Below the pieces are notes generated by a model. It was given only the letters and a program-made list of their open reading frames with translations. It was not told where the DNA came from and ran no database searches. The position numbers and the translations under genes are program-made. Below are positions 48,963 to 63,900 of a DNA stretch of 64,000 nt, piece by piece; position 1 is the first letter of the stretch; every line of letters starts with the position of its first letter. Origin of the DNA: Eutreptiella sp. 'Long Island Sound 2002' (taxonomy: Eukaryota > Protista > Euglenida); NCBI GenBank assembly GCA_964036045.1, contig OZ038378.1, positions 188,108,001 through 188,172,000 on the forward strand, in the 5' to 3' direction.

Positions 48963-51900
48963 TCATGAGCTCAACAATAACCACAAGACGGCGGAGCCTA
49001 CGGCCCACCAATCACAGCTTGAGTAGCATGTATGGTGACACCAATACCTCCCCCCAACAAACAGCACACAACTCGAATGGTACCGTCCCGCACCCATCGC
49101 CGTTCGCAGTGTAAACCAATTTAAACAAACGATGCGAACCACAAAGATGGCATCAGAAGGTGCATGCATGCCCTACACAAAAGCCGACCAATGGCCCAGG
49201 AGGGGGGGCTATTCTGAAGGTCTTTCCTTGTTCCGCACCGATATTGATGGTGGTGGTGGGGTTCCGTTCCTCGTTCCACGGAATAGACGCGTCATTTTTT
49301 CCCCCCATGCGTGGGTAGTATACTTCCGGAGAATTGTGCTCCGACTTTTTTCGCAGCGCTCGTTGATTTCCTTTGTCGCACCACATTCGTAACAATGCTT
49401 TTCATTACTTTTTTTTTTTTGAGAACAGTTCATGCATTGTTTCGCTACTATCACCTTTCACGAGCACAACAACGCCGCAAAGCACAAAAAAACAGTGACT
49501 AAGAAGTTGTTGTGAGCCACACCGGGAGCACTTTGAATTTCTTCGTTTACGGAAGAACGCAAGGTGCATTTTTCATTTCCTTTGTATTGGGCGGTTGCCA
49601 CATCAATTGTATCCCTTCATACACTTTGGTTGGGACAAAATACCATCAAATTTGTCCTTTCCGGTGGTGATATCAAATCCGGGTGTCAAACCCGGGGATT
49701 CAAGCATTGAACCGTGTCGTATCTCACACGGATTCGGTCCGGTTATGCAGTCGAGGACCGCCATTCAAAGGTTTTGAGACGTCCATCGGGACATGCCTTG
49801 CACCCATATATCGTATGATTTCGGTACCAATTCTAATGTCATCAGTAGAGGCCACTTTTCTTTTGTGGAATCTTCCCAAAGGACTAAATGTAGGCCATCG
49901 CCACTTGTGTTCATTTGTGGGTGTGTGCCTTGGTCCACCCAAGCCAAGCCCAAGCCATATGATGAGAAAGATCAAGCTTTGGCACCGATCAAAGGGACGT
50001 TCTTCAAGTTATCCGCGAATTGTATTGTGAATATTGGGAACAAATAAACCGAGATATCCGGAGGGGGGGGACGCGGGGGTTATTGCGTTAAGCAGACGTT
50101 TCCCCATGAACCCTCAACTTGGTTGGGACACCGTGTAGTTGACTTCAAAGGTAAAAAGCCAGCGTTGTTCGCACACGGAGGGTACACTGTCCCTCGTCAA
50201 GGTGAGGCGACATACATTCTGAGAGCAAAGCCAAGCAAGGCTACTGTTTTCCGCTTGTGGGATCAATTTGATATGTTGGTCACTTGGACACCTTCGCACG
50301 CCCATTGAGTTCAACTCATAGATTGTTTGGCCATGCTTTGGTCCTTGGTGTCGGCCCCTCCGTGTCGCTACGTGTGTGTGAGCCCTCCTCTCCCCTCGCC
50401 CCTCGGAGACCCAACTCTTCACAAGGGGGAATGGAGGTGGTTATCTGAGGTGTTACTTTGCGTTGGATATTCAAGCACCCAAAATTCAAAATTCATCAAC
50501 CAAAGTTCAAGCCACCCCATCTAGAAAATCGCATGTCATGTGTGCAAATTTGGATTGTGCTCAACTGGTGAGGCCTCCTTTATGACATCAATGTTCGTGT
50601 ATGGGGGCAGGGCACAGGGTATCAACGCCCGACAAAATTGCAAACCTGTGCCTGGCGACAAGGCTTAAGGGAAAACCCCGCGACTTAGATTACCCCGCCT
50701 GTTGGACTGGCGCCGATGCGCGCCGAAATCCGACTGCGCGCCAGTCCCCCCAAACGGAAAAAAGGGGACACGGCGGGACTCGAACCGCCGCAGTGCTCCC
50801 TCCCAACAATACACCCGGCTTTACCCATTGGCCTATTGGTTCGCCCGAAAATATTATTTATGGATTTGGTCCCTCCGACGAAATTTTTTAAAAAAAACCA
50901 AGCCACCGGCCGAAGCCGGCGGCTGCTGGCTTTTCCCAGCCATGCGCCGAGGTTGTCGACGGCCCCTGGGCCCCTCGGGCACCTCGGTTGAGTTACAAGC
51001 TTGACCACTTTCGGTCACATTGTGCACAATCATTGGCCCATTTCCATCATTGAGCCTAATGGTGAAGGGAGGGGCCAAAGAGGTGCTTGGGCCAAAACTT
51101 TGCCCCAAAGGTGAGTTTTCCTTGGAACTTTTTTGAGTTCGGAAGACCTTCTTAACACAAAAAGAACACACCCTATCCGTCACGGCCCTAGGGATGGTCA
51201 GACCTTAGCCTAAGGGTGGAGGGGTAGAAAAGTGACCCTCTTTTGAATGGCTACTTCTTGGTGGCAACAAGTGTTTGGCAACACAAAGTAAGGATAGTGT
51301 GCACCTTTGGAAAGCTTGTTTTCCATATTGACGCCCCTTTCCATAACAAGGAAAGGTATCAAACAAAAATGGTGACCAAGTAAGGTTGGCACTCGTTTGT
51401 AGTCGTTGGTGTAGCTCGGAGTGGCCACTTTTTGAGGTGGTTTGTTGTTCCCAAAGTGCAAGACCTCCAAGGACTTTTGTGTGGGCCTTAGTGTGAGCCT
51501 TCCTTGGTCACCGGTGCCTTTTGGTGCTACAAAGACCTCTTGAACACAAAAAGAACACCCCATATCACACCTTACCACAAGAGTACATCTTACCACAAGA
51601 GTGGGGGGGTAGAAAAGTGGCACCGTAGAGTACCAACTCTAGCTATATCCTACAATAAAAAGTGTTTGGGTGCATAAGGAAAGGATAGCTTGGAGCTTGA
51701 AGCCCCGTGAGCTATTATGCAGAGATATTGAAGTGCAATGGTAACCAATGTAGGTTGACACTAACTAGTACTCTATGAGGGGTCGTGGAGTGACACCCCT
51801 AGAGGTGGTTTGTAGCACCCCAACACCGCCGCATAGTGTGCCACCCAAGCACTAAAGCACCACAAGTGCTGTGAGACCACTCCACAACCCACAACGTATG

Positions 51901-52913
51901 TCAACAAATAATGTTTATTCTCTCTGCTTCTAGTGGTTTTGCAACAAAAGTTGGAGCAAAAGTTGGTCACTACAACATTGTACCACACCAATTTGCCACC
52001 CTTGATGATAGGCAACCAACAAATGCTATAATTACAACACATCCCCAAGCCAGCCTTGTGTTGTAAACATCAAAAGCACTTAGAAATGTGTTGAATGACC
52101 ATGACTTACCTTGTGCAGGCAGATGCAAGCCACATTTTGGTGGCAAAAGCAAACAATCTTCACAATTGCACATCTCCCTCCCAACCAACATGTGCAGAAT
52201 TGGTCCAAACACCCCAACGGCCGAACAACGAACTTGTGACCTATGGAAAGGGACCCTAACCGCGAGTTAAACCCATAAAATGTACGTCACCCTGCGGCCA
52301 AACACCCAAAAACGAACTTCTAAACTCAAAACATGGGACATGTCGAGATCCAACCCATCATGTCTCAAGGACATGGCATGCTCAGAGTACATGACCAATG
52401 ACCAAAGTTTCACTTTAAGGGAACAAACCCCCAACAAGTACAACACAGGACCAACCAAAAGACAACTCAAACCACGTTTTCGACATGACTAGACAGCTGC
52501 AAGCTGTTCAATGCAAAAAACACCACTTCGAACGCAAACAGTGGCACAAAGTTATTCAAATGCGTCTACATACAACTCAGTCCAAGTTAGTGGGGTTGGG
52601 GTAAAAAGTGGTCCTCTAAGTGTCTGAAAGTTTGACCAAATTACACTGCGAAATCGACGACTCGACGACATTACAGATAGCTCACCTGGTAAAAAGACAC
52701 CTGAAAAAGACATTCCCAGCGTCTCAACCTTTCATCTGCCAAAAATTTCGAGAAAATCTCAAAACTCTGCGCGTCGCGGTTCAGTCCAAGTTAGCGGGGT
52801 TTTCCCTTACGCGAGTTGAAACGAACGTTAAGAAACTGACTGGCCATTCCCCAAGGTAGCAAGAAAATGCTATCCAATCGACTGTTCAAACAGATCAAAT
52901 CCTTTTTGAAAAC

Positions 52914-55628
52914 ATGTCACCTAATCACACCCGTTGGATTGAAGAAGATGTCCGCCCACCTGCACAGATGTGGGCGGTGCTGGATGCCATAGACTCTCTG
53001 CTGGTGCACTTCGGATTGGCAGGTTTCTTTCGTTCTGCTGCACGGTGTGGTATTTTGATCTTAACACGCTTGCTGAAGCGTACAGGTACCGGTAGAGACA
53101 ACAACTGTGTTTCTCATAGGTGACAGACCCAAGTTGAGCGAGCAAAACCGTTCTCTGCGGTATGCCCGACTTTGGCCAGTGACAGACACCCACAGTGATA
53201 CACCACCACGGGAGTGTTATGCAAGTGCACCTACTTTCAAAACTCTTGTCTGCAGGAAGCATGCTTCAAGTCTGCGATCCAAAACCCTGGGGTTGACTGG
53301 TGATGTTGATACCTTTCTGAATCCGAAGAATCAAGTATTCCCTTGTCATGTGTCGCTCATGGATCTTATGCGAAGTGGGCCCTTTTTTCACACTGCATAC
53401 AAGGGCTTCTTCATGCTTGTGCCTTTGGTTTGGGAACTACCTGGGCACGTGGACTCAGTCTTGTTGTGGGCTTCGTTGGGGGCAACTCTTATGGGCACTA
53501 GGAAGGGGGGGCAATTTGGAGGCCTTTTTGGGGAAAGTATGTTCCAAAAGTAGCTCGCAGTGCAAGGATTCTCCCTGTCTTGTCATGTAGGGAGGGGAAT
53601 GTGCAAGCACTGCCTTTTGGAAGCACCTGGCCGCCCTGTACACTGGCACTCGAGCGAAAAGGCATGTTGCTGTCGATCCGCACCAGGGTGCCCTGGAGCA
53701 ACTGGGCATTTTGGTGGACAGCGTTGTATCTGAAGTTCCCGATGCCTCACTGGCCCTGCTTACCATTTGCTACATTTTGCGCCTCTCAGGTGTGCCATTC
53801 GGGGGGAGCCGAAATTCGGTACCGTAATCGTGATGTGCTCCTCTGTGCTCCTCCATTTTGGGCTTGGATCTGGACACTCTTTCCGCAGGAGAGTGGCAAG
53901 TGAAACTGTGCCACTGCAGCAAGCCCACTTCGCCGTTCAGCACATCCTTCCTTTTGGTTCGACCTGAGGCTGCTACCCAGAACTTCGTGGTTGACCTTTT
54001 CTTCGCCGACAAGTTTCGGTTCGCACGAGTAACGCCTCGAATGGACGGATCCGAAACAAGCCTCCCCTCGTACTGCGCGGGTTCCGTCGAGAATTTCCCC
54101 TCAAGCTTTGTAGGTTTCTGTTCTGCTGCATGAGAGCTGTTTGTGGCGTGCGTTACGACGCGATGCTCCCCCACCACACGAAAATATTCTAGACTTTTTC
54201 AATTTATCCGCTGAGCCTGATTCCGTGCCCTCGTTTCAGGAACGGAATCCACTTTGCAGCGATGTGTTGAGTTTTGCTCCAGTTTGATTGCTGAGTCTTT
54301 CACAGCCCTTGCAATGGATTTACCTCCATGGTATGTAACGGTGCGCGTCGCCCGCTTGAGTGGACAGGGATGCAGTCCAGGGTGGAGGGACAGTGTTTGG
54401 TTAAAGAAAAATAGAGTGCTGTATTCCATACGCTGCTCTGCCACGCCTTGTCGATGCTATGCTATGCCGTGCCCTGGCATGCACTGTATTGCTGCCATAG
54501 CATGCCGTACTCTGACGTGCCTAGCCCTGCTCTGTCGTGTCCTGGTCTGCTCTGTCATGCCATGCCATGCCATGGCCTGTCCTGCCATACTGTGCCATGC
54601 CACACTGTGCCTCGCCGAGCCCTGCCATGACGTTGCCACACCATGTATGCCGTGCTGTAGCACTACATGCCTTTCCTTGCTCTGCCCTGTCTCCATGCCA
54701 TGCTGTGCCATGCCTATCCCCGCCCTGTTACGGCTCGGCCATGCTGAGCCCAGCTATGCCATGCCCTGCACTCCGTGGCACTCTGGGGAGTGCTGCTTCA
54801 TGAAGCAACTCAGGGCAGGGCAGGGCAGGCAAGTTTGGATGGTAGCCAACGAGATACCCATACCCACTCACCCATGCCTCTCTCTCGGAATCCGTGCAGG
54901 CGACGCAATAGTCATCTTCAGTCTGTGTACAAACAGTTCAACGAGGAACACGTCATGGACATTCTGAATCGTGTAGATAGCAGTTTGCACCTCGCTGCCC
55001 GTGGCAGCAAACCACGAAATCCCAGGCTCGGGCAGTTTGCCCTTCAACTTCTTGGTTTGTTGAAGGTGTGCAATGTTGTTGTGCCCGTAGAAGTTGGTGA
55101 AGTCTGGGACCTGACCGACCAGATGTTCTCGACGCGCTTGTGACAACTTCAATCGAACGCTTGTGTCTATTCATAACGAAGTGTGAAGTGAGACAAAATC
55201 TACGGTGCGCCAGGCAGTGGCAAAATCGTGGAGGTAGCGGCTGGTGGCTCCTCTCTTGCTGCAAATCCCAATTTTCTATTTCTGTTTCCATTCCGTATCT
55301 TTGAGAGTGAATGGTGGCTGGACGACCTTGTCTGTCATTGTGCAGTCTTCCATCTCCACAACCGCTGCCGCTGTGCCGAGCACTGGGCTGTCTCCGGAAG
55401 TGCTGGCGCCGTTTGTGTCCAATGCCGAGCTGATGGCTTTTCTGGAGCATTTGACTGCGTCTCAGTGCCAGAGTTGCCTCAGGTTTTGCATGCTACTCGT
55501 GTGCGCACAGCTGAGCATACCAAAACTCGGGGAAGAGGGCGCAGATTGCACAGCTGCCTTTCTTCGGGACGAAAAGTCTGTTCGGGGAAGGGGATTTGCT
55601 GGCGATAGTGTGAACACCAAGACGTGTG
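52914..55628 (+). CDS. Unidentified multi-exon gene, partial model: 52914-53022, 53120-53334, 53790-53823, 53889-54112, 54240-54330, 54900-55054, ~55308-55628
   Basis: Successive GT-AG exons with compatible phases, e.g. ..AMDLPP TG|gtatgt..cag|G CGA RRNSHLQSVYKQF..; final donor G|gtgagt. Product not recognised; true start and downstream exons uncertain. Confidence 0.55.
54450..54780. repeat. Degenerate (CCATG/GCCAT)n pentanucleotide repeat, intronic
   Basis: Runs of atgccatgcc / ctgtgc. Confidence 0.8.
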
Positions 55629-57583
55629 GTGAGTGGGTGCAGGTGGGGAAAGGGGAAAGATTAACCAACTCAAAATTCATGACGCCGATTCTTATCCGGC
55701 AGCCCCTGTCCCTGGCATTGAGAGGATAGAGATGCATTGGCAGGGTCCAGAGTGGGATGTTAAGCAGCAAGGGTGGGGAAGGCCGTCAGCGGGAGTCCGG
55801 GCGGCACACCGGGGAATTTGTGCGCAGAGTCACTTTTGCGCACAAATCGCCTGGGGTACGGACCGGATCCAGCAAACCGATACGCACGCTGTTTAATGGA
55901 GCTCCACCATCAGCACTAAAAAATGCGGCCCTTGCAGAGACGAGGCTGGATTTCGAACGCACTTGCGACACACTGCGTCGTGTGCTGGGGTGCAGTGCGG
56001 CCACTATGACCGAGCAGCGATGAGTGTCACGGGTTTGAGAGGCTAAGTGTGATGGTGCCGTGAGCAGTGCAGAGTATAGGAAGAATGGATAGTCCAAGTT
56101 GCCGAAATTGGTTGAACGCATCGACCCGCCCTCGGGGCACGGCTGGAGAAAACACGCGGCGCTCAGTTTCGAAAAAAGGTCATGCGCGTGCCGTTTCTGA
56201 CATTCTGACTGGGGATGGGGTCATGGTTGGGACAATGACGCCCTTGATTAAGGGATGCCGAGCGGGGACTGCAGAGTTTCAGCAGTGCAGGATTTTCTGC
56301 GACCATGCGGCCATCCATGCCTGCCGTGCTCTCAGGACGCAACGCGCAGACCGAACCATCACGTTTGAGAAAGAGAAGGTCATGCCTGTGAGTCCCGCAG
56401 CAGGTCCCTCGCTCTTGACCCAGTGGATTGCCGTGCGCAGCCCCTCCCAGCAGCGCTGTGGCAATGAGGCCAGGTCCCCTGACCAGCGTCTGCCTCCCAT
56501 GGAGCTCTTCCCCAACGACAGCACGGGCGTCGGGCACAATACGCGTGCCATCTGGTTGGACACTGAGAGGTGAGGTGCGCCAACGAAGGCACGCGAAAGT
56601 TGAGCAGCGTCGTCCTTTTTTCTTGCCCATCTTGTGCCCGTGCCCCCGCTTCACGTTTCTCGTACCCACCCTTGCCCTCTTTTTCTGTGACGGTGCCGGG
56701 GCACACCAGGGGATCATCCGAGCCCTTTGTTGTTGTGGCTGACCCTCTTGGGATTCTTCTGAGCCTGGAAGCCCCCTGGACACGCACAGTTGAACTGAGC
56801 AGCATGAGCGCCCTGCGTTTCCCTGTTCTGCCATTCGCTTTCCGCTTGTGTTCTGCGAGCAGCCCCTGATGCCCCTTACAGTCGTGTCTTTTCCAAGAAA
56901 TTTACCACACTGAGTCTCCAATGGGACGTCAGCTGCTCGCCTACGGTTTTCCGATGCCACGAAATGCTCATTTCCAATGGCAAATGATGTCTCTTGTTTT
57001 CCCACTGCTTTCGGCTCTCCCGTTTCTCCTTCCCCTTCCTCAGCAGGTGTCTTGACTGAAGCAACAGAAATCCCGAGTCGAGCCACTGGTGCTTTTTACT
57101 GAGACTGGATTCCAAGAGGGCGGCATTCGGCTCCAGTGGGCATTTCCTCTCTTTGTGATGCCCCGCTCGCCGGTTTTTTGTTTCTGATTTCTCCTTCAAT
57201 TCAAACCATCCATGCTCCTTCACACGTATTCTTCAGACAAATTCTGCACGTGGGGCGGATCAGGGTAAACTTTGTATTGAGCAAAGTTTCTCGCTCTCCT
57301 TGCATCTTTGTCGTTTCAAGAAATTTACCATCGAGTCCAATGGGACAGCAGTCAGCCTCCTGCCCACCATTTGCTAGACAGTGTGTAGTACTAGCCTGTA
57401 GCCAGGTTGTAGTAGTCTGTGCCTCTTCTTTCTTCCGCAGCTTTCTGGCATTCCTCTTTCAGCCAGTTATCAAAAGTGCAGACACTTTGGTGTGTGTTGT
57501 GTCTGTAGGAGAAAGGCACCCTGCACTATCCAAATCTGGACGCAAACGAACTCTCACACACGCACACAGGTAAAACAACACAC

Positions 57584-57623
<40 letters not shown>

Positions 57624-58440
57624 CACAGAAACACACGCCTACGCACTCAGAAACGTGCGCACAAACACCTGTGCAGATGTGTGTTTGTTGGGGGGAACAA
57701 ACAAAATGAGTGGCTGACGAGAAGTTCACAGCGCTCAAAGCTGGTTTTGCTGCCTTGTGTTTGTGTGGTGGGTGTGTATTATCTGTGTGTGTCCGTGTCC
57801 ACGCACGCACGCACACCGGCCCGTGGATGTGGATGTGAATGTAGATGTGTTGGTCTACGTTTGTGTACGGAGTTGTGCGTTTCCATTTTTTACATTGTTG
57901 GACGAATTGCGTTGTGCGTGTTATTGTTCGTGAAAGCCATTTAACAACTGTTATTTTGCGTTCTCCTTTTATTGAAACATTGTTACGTACACTGGCGACA
58001 TATTTCATATCCATTGGTGCTTTTTTTTTGTTTTCAAAAATCTGCAAATCACCATGCCACCTACTGTGGTGCACCCCTGGCCGAATGCCATCTGGATTCT
58101 TCATGTTTTCGTTCACCAGCACCTTGTTGAGATTGCATATTTGAAGACCCTTTCTATCAGAGGATACTCTCTGTGTATTCTGCATGCATTTCGCTGTGTC
58201 ATGCTGGTCAACGGAGCAACCCAGACGGAGCGCTTGGAATCCGCAATGCTTAGCATACGAGCAGAGCAATTCCTATAACGTCGCCAGGGGCACACGGGGA
58301 GGCTTTTGCGAACCATGAAAACAATGCTGCCAATCGACACACCCAAACCCACTCACCCACCAACCATACATACACGCGTGTGCAGCACTACACGACACAC
58401 TCACTCAAAAACACACTCGAACACAGCAGAGAGAAAGAGA

Positions 58441-58473
<33 letters not shown>

Positions 58474-59329
58474 CCTAGGAAAACTTCAAAAAAAATCACA
58501 AGGCATCATTTCAACTCAATGATGCATGTGTTGTCTATTTTTGATAGAGGCAACCAGTCGGGTGCGCAATTCACTCACACTTGGGGTAGGGTTTGTGGTG
58601 ACCTTTGCTGGTATTTGCAAATGCGTTCTGTATTCTTGGCAATGCTATATGTTTCAAATATGACAGTACACGAGTGGCTGTGCAAAGATGCACAAAGGAT
58701 GCCCAGTTTTGCCCCTCAGTGGAAACTACATAATGAAACAGCAATTTGCGCCACTCGTGGGATGGCTGTCTTAGCAACAGTCACCTTAATCTGCTCAACT
58801 ATCTTTAGGTTTTCTTCTGCATCAGTTCCATTTAATGATTTAAATTTGAACTATGTAGCCCTTGCGATCATTTTTCATCGAATGAGATTGAAGCAGAAGC
58901 AGAACCCGTTGTTGTAAACCTTGAAACACCCCAGTCCACCTTGGTGCAGTGACTGGCTTTCAGATGAAGTCAGCCCTGCCCTCTCTCAATGTGTAGATAG
59001 GGTGACTTGTGGTATCACCAAATTCTTAGCTGAGGCAAGTGTGCTTGGCAGTATCAGATGTGTTCCATTTTGTAGGGTTGATGTAGTCGAGAGTAATCAT
59101 GCCCAAAGTCACCACTGTGATTCGGGGACCATGTGCATGCATGCACGCATGCATGCAGGGGCATACATACCTACCTAGTTACATCCATCCATCCATCCAT
59201 ACATACATCAAGACACGCACAGATGCCACCAAGGTGAGGGGCCAGATCCGGGGATCCGGGCCTTCTGGTGGCATGGCTGCCAGACCCAGTATGTCAGTAG
59301 CCAGGCCATCCATCCATCCATCCATACAC

Positions 59330-59450
59330 ATGCATGCATGCATGCATGCATGCATATATACATATATGTGCACACATTCATACATACATACATACATACA
59401 TACATACATACATACATACATGCATACATAGTCATAGTCATAGTCATAAT
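59330..59450. repeat. (ATGC)n/(ATAC)n/(CATAGT)n microsatellite cluster
   Basis: Direct observation. Other microsatellites: (AC)n near 57590, (AG)n near 58435, (CT)n near 61255. Confidence 0.9.
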
Positions 59451-60775
59451 CATTTATCATGCCGTCTACTGGAGTTAGGCAGGTGGTTCCTACCTTGCTT
59501 GATCCCGTGGGTCCCAGGGCTGCCCGAGGTGGCCCACAGCATACATACATACATACATATTTACTTACTTACATCCATACATACATTAGATACAAACACA
59601 TTTGCAACGCATGTGCAGCACACATGCACATCACGTACAATACAATATTTGTGCAAGGGAGTGAGGGCCAATTGATTCGACCATGCACCACCACAAAGGT
59701 CCGCCCCTGCAGTGCGACGGACAGTGCACAGCCCCTCAGGGTTCGAGCTCACTGGATTTTTGCAGACAGGCTGGATTTTTGCAGACAGGCGTGCATGCCA
59801 CAGAGTCGTGGTGGTCTTGCCCCCATCCATACCTCCAGACATACGTGCACGTATGTACGTGTGCTGCAAAACGTAATATGAAATTCAGGGTTATATTCAC
59901 AAACTGCAAGGGAGGGCCAGTGGTTTCCCTGGTGCAATTAAGAAGATGTAAAAATCACGACTATATCGACAAAATTCAAGGGCCCACCATGCTTTTGGAA
60001 GATCAAATTGATGCATTTTGAATGCACAGCAGATTCCCCCCTTTCCAAGCAGTATGGCATCCAGGATGATTACTGTGCATGCACACCAAACCCTGCACAT
60101 GTCACTGTAGAGATTTGTTCCATCAAGGATGAATTGGGAATCCTTTTTTTTTTGTTACATTTTGTCCTGCACATTTTGCACTTTGGTACTCTTTCCTCTA
60201 GCCATGTTCATCCACCGTCAAGCCACCGCGTCCATTGCGTTGGACTTAAAGCAGCTACCCTGCAAGAACTTGGACTGAGGGCCTTGCCCAGGGCACCTGG
60301 AACTACACACAAACCGCCACGTACAGTTGACTCTGACGTGGAGCCAATACTTGGCCTCTCCTTTGTGGAGAGTGATGGTGTCAACATATCAATGTGCATC
60401 ATCTCAAGGAGAAAAGTTGAAGAGAATGGGGGCGTTTTGCGCGCTGTGCCCGCGCTGCGCGCGCGCTGTGCACAAAGTTTGTACAGGACGATGCCCAACC
60501 TGCATAGTGGTGCCCAGTACCCGTAACCATGAGCCTTGTTATGCATTTATATGAGTTGCATGCATGCTTTGCCCTCATTTCTAGTGCATTGGTATGTGTT
60601 GTTGTGCATCCTTTCCTATAGGTTTGTGGTATCTTTTTTGAGATTCGCCCCATGCATATTCAGTGGCTTTCTCATCAGGCGGCAGCACAGAAATCACTAG
60701 TTGAGCCTCGCCTCGCCTCAACTGTTGTTTGCACTTCCATACTTAGGCAGTTTTTCTGTCTTCTTTTCATAATAA

Positions 60776-60913
60776 GTGCCATGGGCGGGCATGAAATGCA
60801 ACCAGCCTCAGAATCACATCAACCTCACGCTTCCGCCGAGGAGAGACTTGCAGAGCAAGCCAGAGAAACTCAGCAACTACGAGAGCAGCTCGCCCGGGCG
60901 TCCGTGAAGGAAG
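60776..60913 (+). CDS. Candidate downstream exon (coiled-coil-like) of a plus-strand gene
   Basis: GGHEMQPASESHQPHASAEERLAEQARETQQLREQLARASVKE ending G|gtctga. Linkage to the 52.9-kb gene is not established. Confidence 0.35.
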
Positions 60914-63900
60914 GTCTGACACTCCCTCCCCTGTCCGTGCCAGAGCTAAACAAGGAAACATCAGGCTGTCCAACGTTGTGGGGGTGTAGTATGGTTTGTA
61001 TAGGCAAGAATATTGCCAATTGTAGCAAAAACCCCCAATTTCTTCCTGTCATGTGCACACTGTGCGCGCTGTGCACACACGCCCCCAATGTCTAATTGAT
61101 TCATTTTAATTTGTGATGGTGCATTTTGCGGCACCTGCAGCATTGGAGCCTCTAGCTCTGTTGGCGCAGAAGGCACCCTGCCATGTGACCCACCAGGACA
61201 GCAAAGGTGGGAGATTGTGCCCTCAAGCCCAAGGCCTATGCTCCCAAATATGCATTCTCTCTCTCTCTCTCTCTCTCTTTTCTTTGTGGCGCCTGCAGTG
61301 TGCAGCACCCCCAAGGCTGGGCCGTGGCCTTAATCCTAGGCTCAGCGTGAAAAGGTTAATGGCGTCTCCAAATCACTGCCACACCCCAGTCGTTTCCATC
61401 ACAGATCTTCATCTTACAGGGGCAATAGGCAGTGGTATGTGAGTACAGTACCACACTGCAAGGGGGCCAAATGGTCACGACAGCCTTGAGTGCTGGTTGC
61501 GGTTGCTTTCTTCGCCTGCAGTGGTGAGGTGGCTCTCTTGGGTGCATTGTTACGCTGCAGGGAGGTGGGCAGTGGGCAGTGCCATTCTTCAGTGCCCCAT
61601 TGCATTGGGGCAGTAGGTACCAGTATCCTTCAGTGCACTGCCACACTGCGGACAGTTGGTAGTGGCATTCTTCAGTGTACTGCCAATGCCACAATGCAGG
61701 GGTGTAGTGGGCAGTGATATCTTTCAGTGCACTGCCATACTGCAAGGGGGCAGTGCCTCTGTGCACTGGTGTGTTTGGGGGGGGCAGGAGCAAATTCGAT
61801 TACCGAGAATATTTGGCATTGAAGCACCAGAATAGCATCAATCCGCATACTTGGTACCACCCACCATTTCTTGGCCTGGGGTGGGGAAGGTCATTTAGGG
61901 GGGATGGGAAAGCATCAGATGCGGAGGAGGAGGGGGGTTGACGGCAGAGGGAGGGAGGGTCACCAGGAATGAAACGCAACACAGGAAGGCTTTGTCCAGT
62001 CCCTGCAATGACAGCAGGGCGGACAGGCATGGCTTTGATGGCATTCCTGTGATGGGATTGGGACTGGGCCCTGGTATTGCATTTTGGTGGCCTTAGGACT
62101 CTGCAGCAGCGTACAAGCCCTGAGGCTCCCTGTGGGGACCACACCAAGACAAGAAAAAAAAAAGAGACAAATGTTGAGGAATGGTAGGTTCATCCCCAGC
62201 CGTCTAAACACCATGTTGTGATTTTTCCCCAACCTATTTGTCCAAAAGTCTTCAGGAAAATGCAATCTTATGGTGCATGCTGCATGTCGGAAGATACCTT
62301 GCCAGCCCTGCGTGTGTGCAGTACCTCATCAAACCCCGTCAACGCAATGAGCTGCAAAGCAATGCTGCAGATACCCACTGGTTTCATTTCAACGAACTGC
62401 ACTGTCAGCTTCATTGTATTTCCCCCCCAATCAAATCCATTTCTTAAACTTAGTTGTTGCACAGTGCATGCACGCACACATCCAGTGATCTGTATATCCT
62501 GTTGGATTGCTATGAAAATGGTACACTTATCATGAGGGATTTCATCATAAGGTGATGTGTTTGAGGAAGTCTTTGGTAACGTTGTTCCATGCAACCTGAT
62601 GAGCAGTTGCCAACATCCGTTGACAGTCCGTTCTCGTAGGGCTGGGCATTTCGATTTTGAATTTTCAAATTTCAACATCGTGTGCAGTACCCAAGTCAAG
62701 GAGTGTGCAAGTGTGATCAATGGGGCTGGGTCGCCTCATTGTCCATGTACTTCCATAAACCCGCTCCCTCCTGCTTGCCTTTCCAGATGACTCCGGTCTA
62801 GCTACTCTGCACGTGAAACCAGGAACCATCCTTCAGACTGCACAAGCACATACAATCCACCCACACATGCTGACACCAGTGACAAAAAAAGGGGGGGGGA
62901 AACCAATGCTACACCGATGCCATGGGTTTGTTCTCTTGAGATGTCTGTGATCTATCTGAGACTGCCTCATTGCCCCCGCATTTGAATATAGCAGGACAAT
63001 GGCGAGTTTTTGTGTTGTTTGAAGGCAGCTTACAGCACATTGATGATGGTCCAAAGACAGCGTGACACTGCTGATGTAGAGTCCGCAAACCTTTTCCTGG
63101 GTGCTTTACTGTAACATACCGATGGTACACAGCGCTGGACCAGAAAAAAAATCGCGAATTGATGATGTTTATTTGCTCCTGGCTGGCTGGAAACAACCAA
63201 GTTCCATTCAAAATATCCAAAACTGCCACATCCAAATCATCATGTGCGTTTACCAATTTTGCATGCGCACAGATGGGTTAGTGAGCACTGGGGCCAGCAG
63301 AGACTGATCCGTCGATGATTGCTGCTGCTTTAGCGTTCGCAGCTTTCACAACATATCCAACTAATTTTGAGCAACAAACATTAGTTCAAGCGGGCAGTAA
63401 GAGGTCGGGTCACTGTGTGTCGTATCAGGGGAGACACAGGCTTCGGTAGCAAGTTGGGGGAGGGGGGGGGGGGCAGTCTTTTGTTCCCTCATCATAGTTT
63501 GGTGATTGTTGCTGCCACTCGGCCTTTGCATTAGCCCGCACACCCGAGCCACGTTTTTGTACATATTCCGGAACAGTCTACTTTCGACTGCCGACAAAAT
63601 GGCACCGGATGAGGTGATAATCGCTTACTTGCCCTTGCCCTTTCCCAACAAACCTTGTGTACCCTTTGGAATCCACACTGTGTTCTGCTGTGCACACAAG
63701 TTGCCACATCTGAGATTGAAAGCCGAACAGAAGGAGCACTGCATGTTGTTAAGGGTGTAAAGCCCGGATCGGCGACCACTGCAGTACATGGCCTTTTCTG
63801 TTTTGCATAATGTCTTCTGGGAAGGGAAGGTAGCGAGCAACTGTGTCGAGCTAGGGTAGTAGGGGTGGCCTAATTTTGAGAGCGTTTGGGAGGAGTCGGT

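Noticed and set aside
51150-51625. Direct repeats suggesting an LTR pair
   Set aside because: Short and imperfect, with no TG..CA termini, PBS or coding content.
54254-54967. Cys-rich 237-aa ORF (metallothionein-like look)
   Set aside because: Its Cys-rich part is the (CCATG)n repeat within a predicted intron.
56163-57086. 307-aa minus-strand ORF
   Set aside because: No recognisable motifs; lies antisense to exon-like plus-strand segments.
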